This document shows, one piece after another, positions 17,522 through 26,092 of a stretch of DNA of 64,000 nt. The translations under genes and the position numbers were made by a program. The first letter of the stretch is position 1, and each line of letters starts with the position of its first letter. Source of the DNA: Patescibacteria group bacterium (GTDB lineage: Bacteria > Patescibacteriota > Minisyncoccia > GCA-002772825); contig JANLHB010000016.1 of NCBI GenBank assembly GCA_024654625.1, positions 137 through 64,136 of the forward strand, given 5' to 3'. The notes beneath the pieces are model-generated. The model made no database searches. It was not told the origin of the DNA and saw only the letters and a program-made list of their open reading frames with translations.

Positions 17522-18970
17522 ATGAATAAGGATTTATCTTGGCCAATTAGATATCAGGAAATGTTGCTGCTGGGTAATCCTAAGTCAAATATCGGAGTTG
17601 TTTGTAATTGGACACTGAAGAGCAAAATAGATGATAATTTAAAAAATAAGGATTATCTGGTAATGGGCCAGCTCTATAGTAGCGATATAGGAATATCGTC
17701 CATCATAAGAAATGTGATGGCTCATCAACATATTGATACGATTATATTATGTGGAAATGAGGGAATGATAGAAGAGACTAGGGGAGGGCGTGCATTCCTA
17801 AACCTTATTAAGAATGGAATTGATGAAAATCATAAGATCATAGGTTCAAATTATTCAAAAATAGAAAAAGAGATTCCGGTTGAAAATATTAATGAATTCA
17901 GGAAAAGAATTAAAATTATAGATCTTCTCGGCGTTAATGATGTTTCAAAAATAGAAGAAGCCATTAACGAAAATTTGAAAAAGAAAAATAAGACTTTTGA
18001 AGTTAAATTATTCCCGGAACCAGAAAAAACAAAAGATGTTGAGTTGCCGTCGGAAGGGGCGGTATTTGTTGTAAGGCGTAATAAGGTAGCACACTGTTGG
18101 TTAGACATTTTAAAGAACATAACACATTTCGGGAATATTAAAGGGACTCAATATGGTGACAGGCAAAAAGAAGTGATAAATCTTGTCGCGGTTATCGAGG
18201 ATGAAGATGTTGATAACCCATTTTTGCCGGATTATGTTAAATTAACAAAAAAACAGATTGAAGATTACTCACCAACTATTACAACGGCTATGGAAGTTGA
18301 AGGGTCAAAGTATACATATGGTCAAAGATTAAGAGATCATGATGGAGTTGATCAGATTCAGAATATAATTAATGAGATAAGTGAAGCACCCTTTTCAAGA
18401 AGGGCTGTCGCTTCAACAATCAACGTGAAGATGGATAGTGGTAGTGGTAATCCACCGTGCTTGGATATTGTTCAAGTGTTAGTCCAAGAAAATAAATTAT
18501 ATTTAACAAGTTATATTCGTTCAAATGATATGTATATGGCCTGGCCTGAAAATGCTTTTGGGCTACTCTCTCTTCAGAAGCTTATAATTGAAGAGGTGAA
18601 TAAAAAGATAAAAGGAGAACAACTTGTGAAAGGTTCAATTACAACTATTTCTTGTTCTGCTCATGTATACGAAAGAGAGTGGGAGGATGTTAAAAAGATG
18701 TTATCTAGTAACGAGAGGTTGGAGTGCGCTTGGGATCCAAGGGGTTATTTTATCATAAGCATAGAAGACGGATTAATTAAAGTTTATAATTCTAATGACC
18801 CGGTTAATTTAAGGTGGGAAGGAAAAACAGCTTCTGAAATAATGGATAAGATTATTTTTTATATTTCGATAATGCCGCATGCCGCTGATTTGGGTATGGA
18901 ATTAATGAAAGCGGAAATTGCATTAAAATATGGTCATAGGTACATACAAGATAATCCATTGATTTTGTAA
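17522..18970 (+). CDS. Thymidylate synthase (ThyA)-family protein with about 190-aa N-terminal extension of unknown function
   Basis: The C-terminal half aligns with ThyA: SRRAVASTINV, catalytic NPPC, YIRSND (Arg/Ser/Asp of the dUMP site), WPEN (Asn as in uracil-specific enzymes). The N-terminal domain is unassigned (weak LOG/Rossmann-like DTIILCGNEGMIEE). Confidence 0.6.
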   Translation: MNKDLSWPIRYQEMLLLGNPKSNIGVVCNWTLKSKIDDNLKNKDYLVMGQLYSSDIGISSIIRNVMAHQHIDTIILCGNEGMIEETRGGRAFLNLIKNGIDENHKIIGSNYSKIEKEIPVENINEFRKRIKIIDLLGVNDVSKIEEAINENLKKKNKTFEVKLFPEPEKTKDVELPSEGAVFVVRRNKVAHCWLDILKNITHFGNIKGTQYGDRQKEVINLVAVIEDEDVDNPFLPDYVKLTKKQIEDYSPTITTAMEVEGSKYTYGQRLRDHDGVDQIQNIINEISEAPFSRRAVASTINVKMDSGSGNPPCLDIVQVLVQENKLYLTSYIRSNDMYMAWPENAFGLLSLQKLIIEEVNKKIKGEQLVKGSITTISCSAHVYEREWEDVKKMLSSNERLECAWDPRGYFIISIEDGLIKVYNSNDPVNLRWEGKTASEIMDKIIFYISIMPHAADLGMELMKAEIALKYGHRYIQDNPLIL

Positions 18971-19053
18971 TTTTTATTGCAAATATCCTGATTATGAGGT
19001 AAAAGTATCACTAGATAGATATTTAAAAATTAACCTAACAAAGGGAGATAAAT

Positions 19054-19707
19054 ATGAAAAAAGGCAAATTCATAGTGATAGAGGGTGGAGAAGGGGCCGG
19101 TAAGGGTATGGTCATGGCGTTTTTGAGGGAGAAGTTGGCTCTACGTGATGATGTCGTCTTTACGAGGGAACCCGGGGGAACTCCTGTTGCTGAGAAGATC
19201 AGAGAAGTCCTTATGGATAAAGAGAATAAGAACACATCTGTTTTAGCTGAACTTTTCCTCTTCTGCTCAGCTCGGGCGCAACATGTGGACGAGCTTGTAA
19301 GACCTTCGCTTGAGGCCGGCAAGATAGTAATAAGCGACAGATTTGATATGTCGACTTTGGCGTATCAGATCTATGGCAGACAGAGGCCAACTTTTCAGAA
19401 GATTTTTATTCTGTTGAATGATATTGCCAAGACGGGTCTTAGACCAGATTCGGTCATCTACCTTGATGTTGATCCGGTCGTCGGTCTTGAAAGGAAGCAC
19501 AAGAGCGACGAAGGTCACTGTACGCGCTTTGATGTGGAGAATCTTAGTTTTCATGAAAGGGTGCGTGCCGGGTATACTGCGCAGTATAAGGAGGCGATTA
19601 AAGATAGGAGCAACCCCGCCTGGTTCTTAGTTGCCACAACAAAGATGGCGGAAAAAGAGGTTAAGAAAACCGTGTGGGGGATAGTTGAAAAAACTGTAAA
19701 CACTTAA
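19054..19707 (+). CDS. tmk: Thymidylate kinase
   Basis: P-loop IVIEGGEGAGKG and DRFDMSTLAYQ signature. Confidence 0.85.
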   Translation: MKKGKFIVIEGGEGAGKGMVMAFLREKLALRDDVVFTREPGGTPVAEKIREVLMDKENKNTSVLAELFLFCSARAQHVDELVRPSLEAGKIVISDRFDMSTLAYQIYGRQRPTFQKIFILLNDIAKTGLRPDSVIYLDVDPVVGLERKHKSDEGHCTRFDVENLSFHERVRAGYTAQYKEAIKDRSNPAWFLVATTKMAEKEVKKTVWGIVEKTVNT

Positions 19708-19734
19708 CTTGCGAAATAAAAGGAGGTAAAGGAG

Positions 19735-21090
19735 ATGAATATAAAGCTCGTTTCAAAAAGTGTAATAGATCCTCAAGTCCTTGCTTCTTATGCGGCAAAA
19801 GGATGCTATGAAGCGGAAGAGCCGGAGTTGGGTAAGAAGATAGATCTTCAAAAACGCATATTCAACGTTGGGCACCACACAGTTCTTCAGCACAATCACT
19901 ATACTTTTCACATAGAAGGGATAGCGGTAAGCGACATAACCTTTGGCCTGCACCTTGCGAGCCCCTTTTACAACTCAAGCCAGAGGTCAGGCAGATTTTG
20001 TTCTGCTATGTTTTCCTCTCCCGACTACGGAAAGATAGAACAGTACATAAGAACATATTGGCCCGAGGTTGGAAATGGAGAGGTTGCTCTTGCTTTAAAT
20101 CTTGTAAAAGGCGGGATTGAAATCTTTCAGTCAAACATAGACAAGGCGACAAAAATCGCCAAGCATCTAATTAAAGGAGAACGGCCTTTTGCTTCCGAAA
20201 GCTACATAGAGGCGAATGCCGGAAAGTTTGCTCAAGAGCAGATGAGGATGTTTGTCCCAACAATATTCCCAACAGGGATAACCGTAACCTTTAACTTGTC
20301 CGCCCTTGTTTCAATGTATAGGGTGGCATGGTCTCCTGTGTTAAAGCATGTAACTTCGGAGATGATGCGTCTTGCTCTTTGCGACACACCAGAGCTTAAC
20401 TTTATGCTTGAAAAAGAAGAACAGGAAGAGTGGCCCCTAGAGCTTTTTGCTCGGTATCATAAAGCCACAATACCTGTGTTGTCCAAGCCGAAAGGAAAGC
20501 TTGTAAGGATAGAGAATGCAAATTCTTTTACCGAGCCGAAAGGTGGGGACTCACACCCTGTTGACCTTCTTCCTTTCTCCCCCCGGTATATGAGTAATAC
20601 CAATGGGGTAATAGAAACGGAAGTAGAGATTTCTGTTGCCACAATGGGACAGGACCAGCGCCACAGAACTGTTAAAAGAGGCCAACCAAGGTTCACTGAA
20701 AGATTTTATCTTCCTCCAATCCCAAGACTTTGTGGACTTGAGGGAGTTGCGGAAAGTTTTGCTTTCGCATGGTCTTCACTTCTTAGCCTTCTTCCTGGAA
20801 GCTTGGTTACGGCGCTCGCTCCTTACGGGGCTATGGTTTCTTATCCAAAAAGAGCTGATTTCAATGCCGCCTCTCATGAGTATACCAAACGGCTTTGCTG
20901 GTGTACTCAGGAGGAGATATACCATTCTGTTCTTTCTGTAAGAAACGAAGTTTCTAAAAAAGAAGGAGAGAACAGCCCTCTACTTAAGATGTTTTCTCCT
21001 TCTTGCGTCAAGACGGGAAAATGCGGAGAAGGAAGCAGGTATTGCGGAAGAGACATGAAAGAAAACTGCTTCATAGAGAGAAAAGTATAG
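19735..21090 (+). CDS. ThyX-family (Thy1 domain, flavin-dependent thymidylate synthase-like) protein with large internal insertion
   Basis: GHHTVLQHNHYTFHIEGIAVS matches the ThyX N-terminal motif. An RHRxxxxxxxRF motif appears about 230 aa later. Length is 451 aa versus about 220-250 for ThyX. Confidence 0.5.
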   Translation: MNIKLVSKSVIDPQVLASYAAKGCYEAEEPELGKKIDLQKRIFNVGHHTVLQHNHYTFHIEGIAVSDITFGLHLASPFYNSSQRSGRFCSAMFSSPDYGKIEQYIRTYWPEVGNGEVALALNLVKGGIEIFQSNIDKATKIAKHLIKGERPFASESYIEANAGKFAQEQMRMFVPTIFPTGITVTFNLSALVSMYRVAWSPVLKHVTSEMMRLALCDTPELNFMLEKEEQEEWPLELFARYHKATIPVLSKPKGKLVRIENANSFTEPKGGDSHPVDLLPFSPRYMSNTNGVIETEVEISVATMGQDQRHRTVKRGQPRFTERFYLPPIPRLCGLEGVAESFAFAWSSLLSLLPGSLVTALAPYGAMVSYPKRADFNAASHEYTKRLCWCTQEEIYHSVLSVRNEVSKKEGENSPLLKMFSPSCVKTGKCGEGSRYCGRDMKENCFIERKV

Positions 21091-21106
21091 CACAATTCAA
21101 TACCTC

Positions 21107-21143
21107 AACCCCAGGAAACCATCAAATGGTTTCCTGGGGTTTT
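21107..21143. terminator. Rho-independent terminator after the ThyX-like gene
   Basis: aaccccaggaaaccatcaaatggtttcctggggtttt perfect hairpin plus T-run. Confidence 0.65.
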
Positions 21144-21192
21144 CTTTTTATAAAATTTGAATTTTGGCGTTTAAAATAGTAGTATTATAAGA

Positions 21193-24100
21193 ATGGAAGA
21201 TGATTTAAAATCTAAAAGTCCGGCCGAGGCGGAAAAGGACATATTGAAGTTTTGGCAGGATAATAAAATTTTTGAAAAGACATTGGAGAAGGATGCTCCT
21301 TCGGGAGATTTTATCTTCTACGATGGGCCGCCTTTTGCCAACGGTTTGCCTCATTATGGGCATATTTTGGCCAGTGTGATAAAAGACGCCATCCCTCGCT
21401 ATAAGACGATGCGAGGGTATCGCGTCCCGCGCCGATGGGGTTGGGATTGTCATGGTCTGCCTGTTGAAAATGTGGTTGAGAAAGAACTCGGACTTAAAGC
21501 TAAGAAAGATATTGAAGATCTTGGACTGGAGAAGTTTAACAAGGCCGCAAGGAATGTGGTAGTTCGCGATACAAGCGAATGGAAAAAAATTATTCCTAAG
21601 ATAGGTCGTTTTGTTGATATGGAGGCTGACTATAAGACGATGGATCCAAGTTATATGGAATCAGTCTGGTGGGTCTTTAAAACGCTTTACGATAAAGGGC
21701 TTGTCTATGAGGGATACAAGCCGATGCATCTCTGTCCGCGTTGTGAGACGACTCTTGCAAACTTTGAAGTATCTCAAGGATATAAAGATATTACTGATAT
21801 TTCAGTAACGGCTAAATTTGAGCTTGATGACGAGCCGGGCACTTTTGTCTTGGCTTGGACGACAACACCTTGGACACTCCCGGGCAATGTAGCTCTTGCA
21901 GTAAATCCTGATATTTTATATGCGAAGATTGAAAAAGACGGAGAGAGGTTTATTTTAGCGAAAGACCGCCTTGATACTATTGAAGGCGAGTATAAAATAA
22001 TAGAGACTTTTAAAGGTTTTGCATTAGCCGGTAAGAGTTATAAACCGCTTTTTGATTATTATTCAGAGAAAAAAGATTTAGAGAACAGAGAAAACGGTTG
22101 GAAGATTTATTCGGCTGATTTTGTGACGACGGAAGAAGGAACCGGAGTCGTCCACATTGCGCCGGCTTTTGGCGAGGATGATATGAATGTCTCTTTAGAA
22201 TATGCGCTTCCTTTTGTTCAACATGTCTCAGCTGACGGAAGATTTAAGAGTGAGGTAAAAGATTTTGCCGGCAGATTTGTAAAACCGAAAGAAAATCATC
22301 AAGAGACTGATATTGAGATAATAAAACATTTGGCGCACGCGGGTAAATTATTCGCCAAGAAGAAGATCGTTCACTCTTATCCGCATTGCTGGAGATGCGA
22401 CACGCCACTCTTGAATTATGCGACTTCGTCTTGGTTTGTTAAAGTTACTGCGATAAAAGATAATCTTCTTAAGAATAATGGAGAGATTAATTGGGTACCG
22501 GCTCATATAAAGGACGGGCGTTTTGGCAAATGGCTTGAAGGTGCCAGAGATTGGGCGATATCAAGGAGCAGATTTTGGGGAGCTCCTCTTCCGGTGTGGA
22601 AGTGCGATAAGTGCGATAAGCTGGAAATTGCCGGTTCAATAGACGATATTAGAAATAAAGTTAAAAAGTCAGGCAATAAATATTTTGTAATGCGTCATGG
22701 GGAGTCGGAGCATAATAAGAAAAATATTGTCAGCTCTAATGTTTTAAATCCTCATCATATTACGGAAAAAGGGAAGACGGATATAAAGGAGATTGCTCAA
22801 AAGGTAAAAAAGGAAAACATTGATATTATATTCTCTTCAGACTTCGTTCGGACAAAGGAGACTGCTGAGCTACTGGCAAGCGAGATAGGTTGCGATAAAA
22901 GGAAGATAATTTATGATAAACGTATTAGGGAATTAAACACAGGAACTTTTGATGGTAAAAGGCCGAGAGATTATCATGATTATTTTTCTACTCTTGAAGA
23001 GAAGTTTACAAAGACGCCGCCTGAAGGAGAAAATTTGGTTGAGCTTAAAAATAGAGTATCTCAATTCTTGTATGATATTGAGGAAAAATACCAAGATAAA
23101 AATATTTTAATAATAAGCCATGAGTATCCTATCTGGCTTCTTTCCGCAGGAGCTGTCGGGGCTGATATTAAGAAGTCTGTAAAGATGAAAGAGGAAAAAA
23201 GAGATGATTATATAGAAACAGGGGAGTTAATGGAACTTGATTTTGTGCCACTCCCTCATAATGAAAATTATGAAATTGATCTTCATAGGCCATATATAGA
23301 CAAGGTTGAATTTGCTTGTTCTTGTGGGGGTAAAATGAAGAGAATTATTCATGTGTTTGATTGTTGGTTTGAGTCCGGCTCTATGCCGTATGCTTCGGCG
23401 CATTATCCGTTCGCTTGCGCTCAAAATCAAAAATCAAAAATCAAAAATCAAAAATGCTTGGCATTACCGGCCGAGTTTATCGCTGAAGGATTAGACCAGA
23501 CTCGAGGATGGTTTTATACACTGCTTGTTTTATCTACGGCTCTCTTTGAAAAGCCAGCCTATAAGAATGTGATTGTAAACGGGATAATCTTGGCTGAAGA
23601 CGGCCAGAAAATCTCGAAGCGTCTTAAGAATTATCCTGATCCGATGGATGTGGTGCATAAATACGGCGCCGACGCTCTGCGTTTATATCTTCTTTCTTCA
23701 CCTGTGGTACGCGCCGAGGATCTTAATTTTTCCGAGCATGGCGTTGATGAAGTGTATAAGAAAGTGATTCTGCGCTTATGGAATGTTTACAGTTTCTACG
23801 ATATGTACGCACTTGGCGGTTCAACCGCCAAATTAAATTTGGCGGTTGAACCGCCAAATGGGGATAAGAACGTGCTGGATAAGTGGATAATCGCGCGACT
23901 TCTCGAGCTGGAGGAAGAGATAACTCTAAATCTTGAGAAGTATGAACTTGATAAAGCAACAAGACCTATTTTTGATTTTGTAGATGATCTTTCTACTTGG
24001 TATATCAGGCGCTCAAGGGATAGATTCAAGAATGAAGGTGAAGATAAAGGGAGTGCCATTTTAACCACCAGATTTGTTCTAGTGGAGTTCTCTAAAGTTA

Positions 24101-24798
24101 TCGCTCCTTTTATTCCATTTATATCAGAGAGGTTATATCAATTGATTAGTAGAGAAGATGAGGCTAAATCAAATTCACAGAATTTGATCGCCCGATCCGC
24201 CAAAGGCGGATTTAGGGAGAGTATTCATTTAGATGAATGGCCTTATAAGAAGTCGTTAGCTGATAATGTCCTGGGTATGTTTGGTGTAGATAAATCTACT
24301 AAAAATTTGGATATTCTTTATGATATGAAAGAGATAAGAAAAATCGTCTCTCTTGGTCTTGAGGCGCGCGCCGAAGCGGGGTTTAAGGTAAGGCAGCCTT
24401 TGCAAAAATTGATAATCAAAAATGAAAAGTTGAAAGGTAAAGATGATCTACTTGAGCTGGTGAAAGATGAGGTGAATGTGAAAGAGGTAGCTTTTGATGC
24501 CGGCATCTCAAATGAAGTGAAATTAGATTTGGAGCTGACGCCGGAGCTTATCGCCGAAGGGCAGTTTAGGGATATGGTGAGATTTGTCCAGGGCTTGAGG
24601 AAGAAAGCCAGCTTGACACCGGATGATGAGATTTCCGTCTCTGTAAAGACGAGTTCTTCCGGACAAGAATTACTAAAGAAATTTGAAAATGAGTTTAAGG
24701 AGATTGTTAACGCGAGGACTGTGGAGTTCAAGGATATAGAAGATGGAGAGCTGTTGAAATTAGATGACCTGGAAATACATATAAAAATCACGAAATAA
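21193..24798 (+). CDS. ileS: Isoleucyl-tRNA synthetase (type 2) with inserted histidine-phosphatase (PGM-family) domain
   Basis: PPFANGLPHYGH and KISKRLKN class I motifs and a CP1 editing domain (WTTTPWTLPGN). A roughly 200-aa insertion carries RHGESEHN, SSDFVRTKETAE and ISHEYPI histidine-phosphatase motifs. Confidence 0.9.
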   Translation: MEDDLKSKSPAEAEKDILKFWQDNKIFEKTLEKDAPSGDFIFYDGPPFANGLPHYGHILASVIKDAIPRYKTMRGYRVPRRWGWDCHGLPVENVVEKELGLKAKKDIEDLGLEKFNKAARNVVVRDTSEWKKIIPKIGRFVDMEADYKTMDPSYMESVWWVFKTLYDKGLVYEGYKPMHLCPRCETTLANFEVSQGYKDITDISVTAKFELDDEPGTFVLAWTTTPWTLPGNVALAVNPDILYAKIEKDGERFILAKDRLDTIEGEYKIIETFKGFALAGKSYKPLFDYYSEKKDLENRENGWKIYSADFVTTEEGTGVVHIAPAFGEDDMNVSLEYALPFVQHVSADGRFKSEVKDFAGRFVKPKENHQETDIEIIKHLAHAGKLFAKKKIVHSYPHCWRCDTPLLNYATSSWFVKVTAIKDNLLKNNGEINWVPAHIKDGRFGKWLEGARDWAISRSRFWGAPLPVWKCDKCDKLEIAGSIDDIRNKVKKSGNKYFVMRHGESEHNKKNIVSSNVLNPHHITEKGKTDIKEIAQKVKKENIDIIFSSDFVRTKETAELLASEIGCDKRKIIYDKRIRELNTGTFDGKRPRDYHDYFSTLEEKFTKTPPEGENLVELKNRVSQFLYDIEEKYQDKNILIISHEYPIWLLSAGAVGADIKKSVKMKEEKRDDYIETGELMELDFVPLPHNENYEIDLHRPYIDKVEFACSCGGKMKRIIHVFDCWFESGSMPYASAHYPFACAQNQKSKIKNQKCLALPAEFIAEGLDQTRGWFYTLLVLSTALFEKPAYKNVIVNGIILAEDGQKISKRLKNYPDPMDVVHKYGADALRLYLLSSPVVRAEDLNFSEHGVDEVYKKVILRLWNVYSFYDMYALGGSTAKLNLAVEPPNGDKNVLDKWIIARLLELEEEITLNLEKYELDKATRPIFDFVDDLSTWYIRRSRDRFKNEGEDKGSAILTTRFVLVEFSKVIAPFIPFISERLYQLISREDEAKSNSQNLIARSAKGGFRESIHLDEWPYKKSLADNVLGMFGVDKSTKNLDILYDMKEIRKIVSLGLEARAEAGFKVRQPLQKLIIKNEKLKGKDDLLELVKDEVNVKEVAFDAGISNEVKLDLELTPELIAEGQFRDMVRFVQGLRKKASLTPDDEISVSVKTSSSGQELLKKFENEFKEIVNARTVEFKDIEDGELLKLDDLEIHIKITK
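23421..23454 (+). repeat. Heptanucleotide tandem repeat (TCAAAAA)x about 5 inside ileS coding sequence
   Basis: tcaaaa tcaaaaa tcaaaaa tcaaaaa tcaaaaa, translating to AQNQKSKIKNQK in a normally conserved YPFEN...FPADFIAEG segment. Confidence 0.8.
23813..23857. repeat. 45-bp inverted repeat (20-bp perfect arms, 5-nt loop) embedded in ileS coding sequence
   Basis: ttggcggttcaaccgccaaa ttaaa tttggcggttgaaccgccaa. Translated in frame as GGSTAKLNLAVEPPNG. Confidence 0.8.
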
Positions 24799-24799
24799 T

Positions 24800-26047
24800 A
24801 TGAAATATAAATTTCCAGAAAATTTTTTGTGGGGGAGTGCGACGGCGAGCCACCAAGTAGAAGGCGGTAATGTGAACGACTGGTCTATCTGGGAGAAGAA
24901 AAATGCCGATAGGCTTGCTAAGAACGCTAAAAAGAAATTCAGCAAGCTTCCGAACTGGGAGAGTATTAAAGAAGAAGCGGAGAATCCGGAGAATTATATC
25001 TCGGGAAAGGCTTGCGATCATTATAACCGCTATGAAGAGGATTTTGATATTGTAAAATCTTTAGGTCAAAATGCTTTTCGTTTTTCCATAGAGTGGTCGC
25101 GCATCGAGCCGGAAGATGGAAGGTTTGATGAGAGAGAGATATGGCACTATAGAAAGGTGGTCAAGGCCTTGCGCGCTCGCGGTATTGAGCCCTTCGTCAC
25201 TCTCTGGCATTGGCCACTGCCGGTGTGGCTTAAAGATAAGGGAGGATGGAGGTCAAGTGAAATCGTGGATCATTTTGGGAGATATACCATGAAGATGGCA
25301 GAAGCGCTCGGCGCTGATGTCAAATTTTGGATTACCCTTAATGAGCCCTTGGTCTATGCCACACATTCATATCTTAAGGGGGCATGGCCTCCACAGAAAA
25401 AGAACCCGGTATATCTACTCTTTGTAATACGGAATTTAGTTAAGGCACACCGCGCAGCTTACAAGATACTTAAAGAGATAAATAAAGATTCTCAGGTGGG
25501 GATCTCCAAGCACAATGTTTACTTCGATGCTTATAAAGGACGATTTCTAAATCGTCTGCTTAAAAATATACTTGATTGGGCGTGGAACTTTTCTTTCCTA
25601 AATAGTATAAAAAATTATCAGGATTTTATCGGTCTTAACAACTATCATCATAACCGCATCAATTACGGCTTTAATAAAAATGATGATGATAAACTTTCTG
25701 ATATGGGCTGGGAACTTTACCCAGATGCCCTATATTATGGATTACTGGATATCAAGAAATATAATAAGCCGATTTACATCACGGAGAATGGCTTGGCCGA
25801 TAGGGAAGATAGATACAGAGCTTGGTTTATAGAAGAGAATTTAAAAAGTATGGCAAGAGCGATGGGGGAAGGCTTGGATGTGCGCGGATATCTTTACTGG
25901 TCATTGCTCGATAACTTTGAATGGGATAAAGGCTTCTGGCCCAGGTTTGGGTTGGTGGAGATTGATTATAAAACGCTAGAGCGGAAAATCCGCCCCAGCG
26001 CCCACGAATACGCGAAGATTTGCAAGACAAATGAGATTGAAGTTTGA
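24800..26047 (+). CDS. Glycoside hydrolase family 1 beta-glucosidase
   Basis: FLWGSATASHQVEGG N-terminus, NEP acid/base and ITENG nucleophile motifs. Confidence 0.8.
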   Translation: MKYKFPENFLWGSATASHQVEGGNVNDWSIWEKKNADRLAKNAKKKFSKLPNWESIKEEAENPENYISGKACDHYNRYEEDFDIVKSLGQNAFRFSIEWSRIEPEDGRFDEREIWHYRKVVKALRARGIEPFVTLWHWPLPVWLKDKGGWRSSEIVDHFGRYTMKMAEALGADVKFWITLNEPLVYATHSYLKGAWPPQKKNPVYLLFVIRNLVKAHRAAYKILKEINKDSQVGISKHNVYFDAYKGRFLNRLLKNILDWAWNFSFLNSIKNYQDFIGLNNYHHNRINYGFNKNDDDKLSDMGWELYPDALYYGLLDIKKYNKPIYITENGLADREDRYRAWFIEENLKSMARAMGEGLDVRGYLYWSLLDNFEWDKGFWPRFGLVEIDYKTLERKIRPSAHEYAKICKTNEIEV

Positions 26048-26092
26048 TTTATTCTTTAGTATTAATTTTTAATTAAGGTATAATTTAAAAAT

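Noticed and set aside
17522-18100. DHFR-thymidylate synthase bifunctional fusion
   Set aside because: The N-terminal domain lacks DHFR signatures (no GxGxxG-like IGMENAMPW or NADPH-binding motifs).
24318-24791. 157-aa Ser-rich antisense ORF inside ileS. Similar antisense or shadow ORFs lie at 28905-29531, 34365-35018, 35519-35941, 26203-26523 and 46861-47805.
   Set aside because: All lie antisense to or out of frame within strongly supported genes. They have low-complexity composition and no motifs, so they are typical shadow ORFs.
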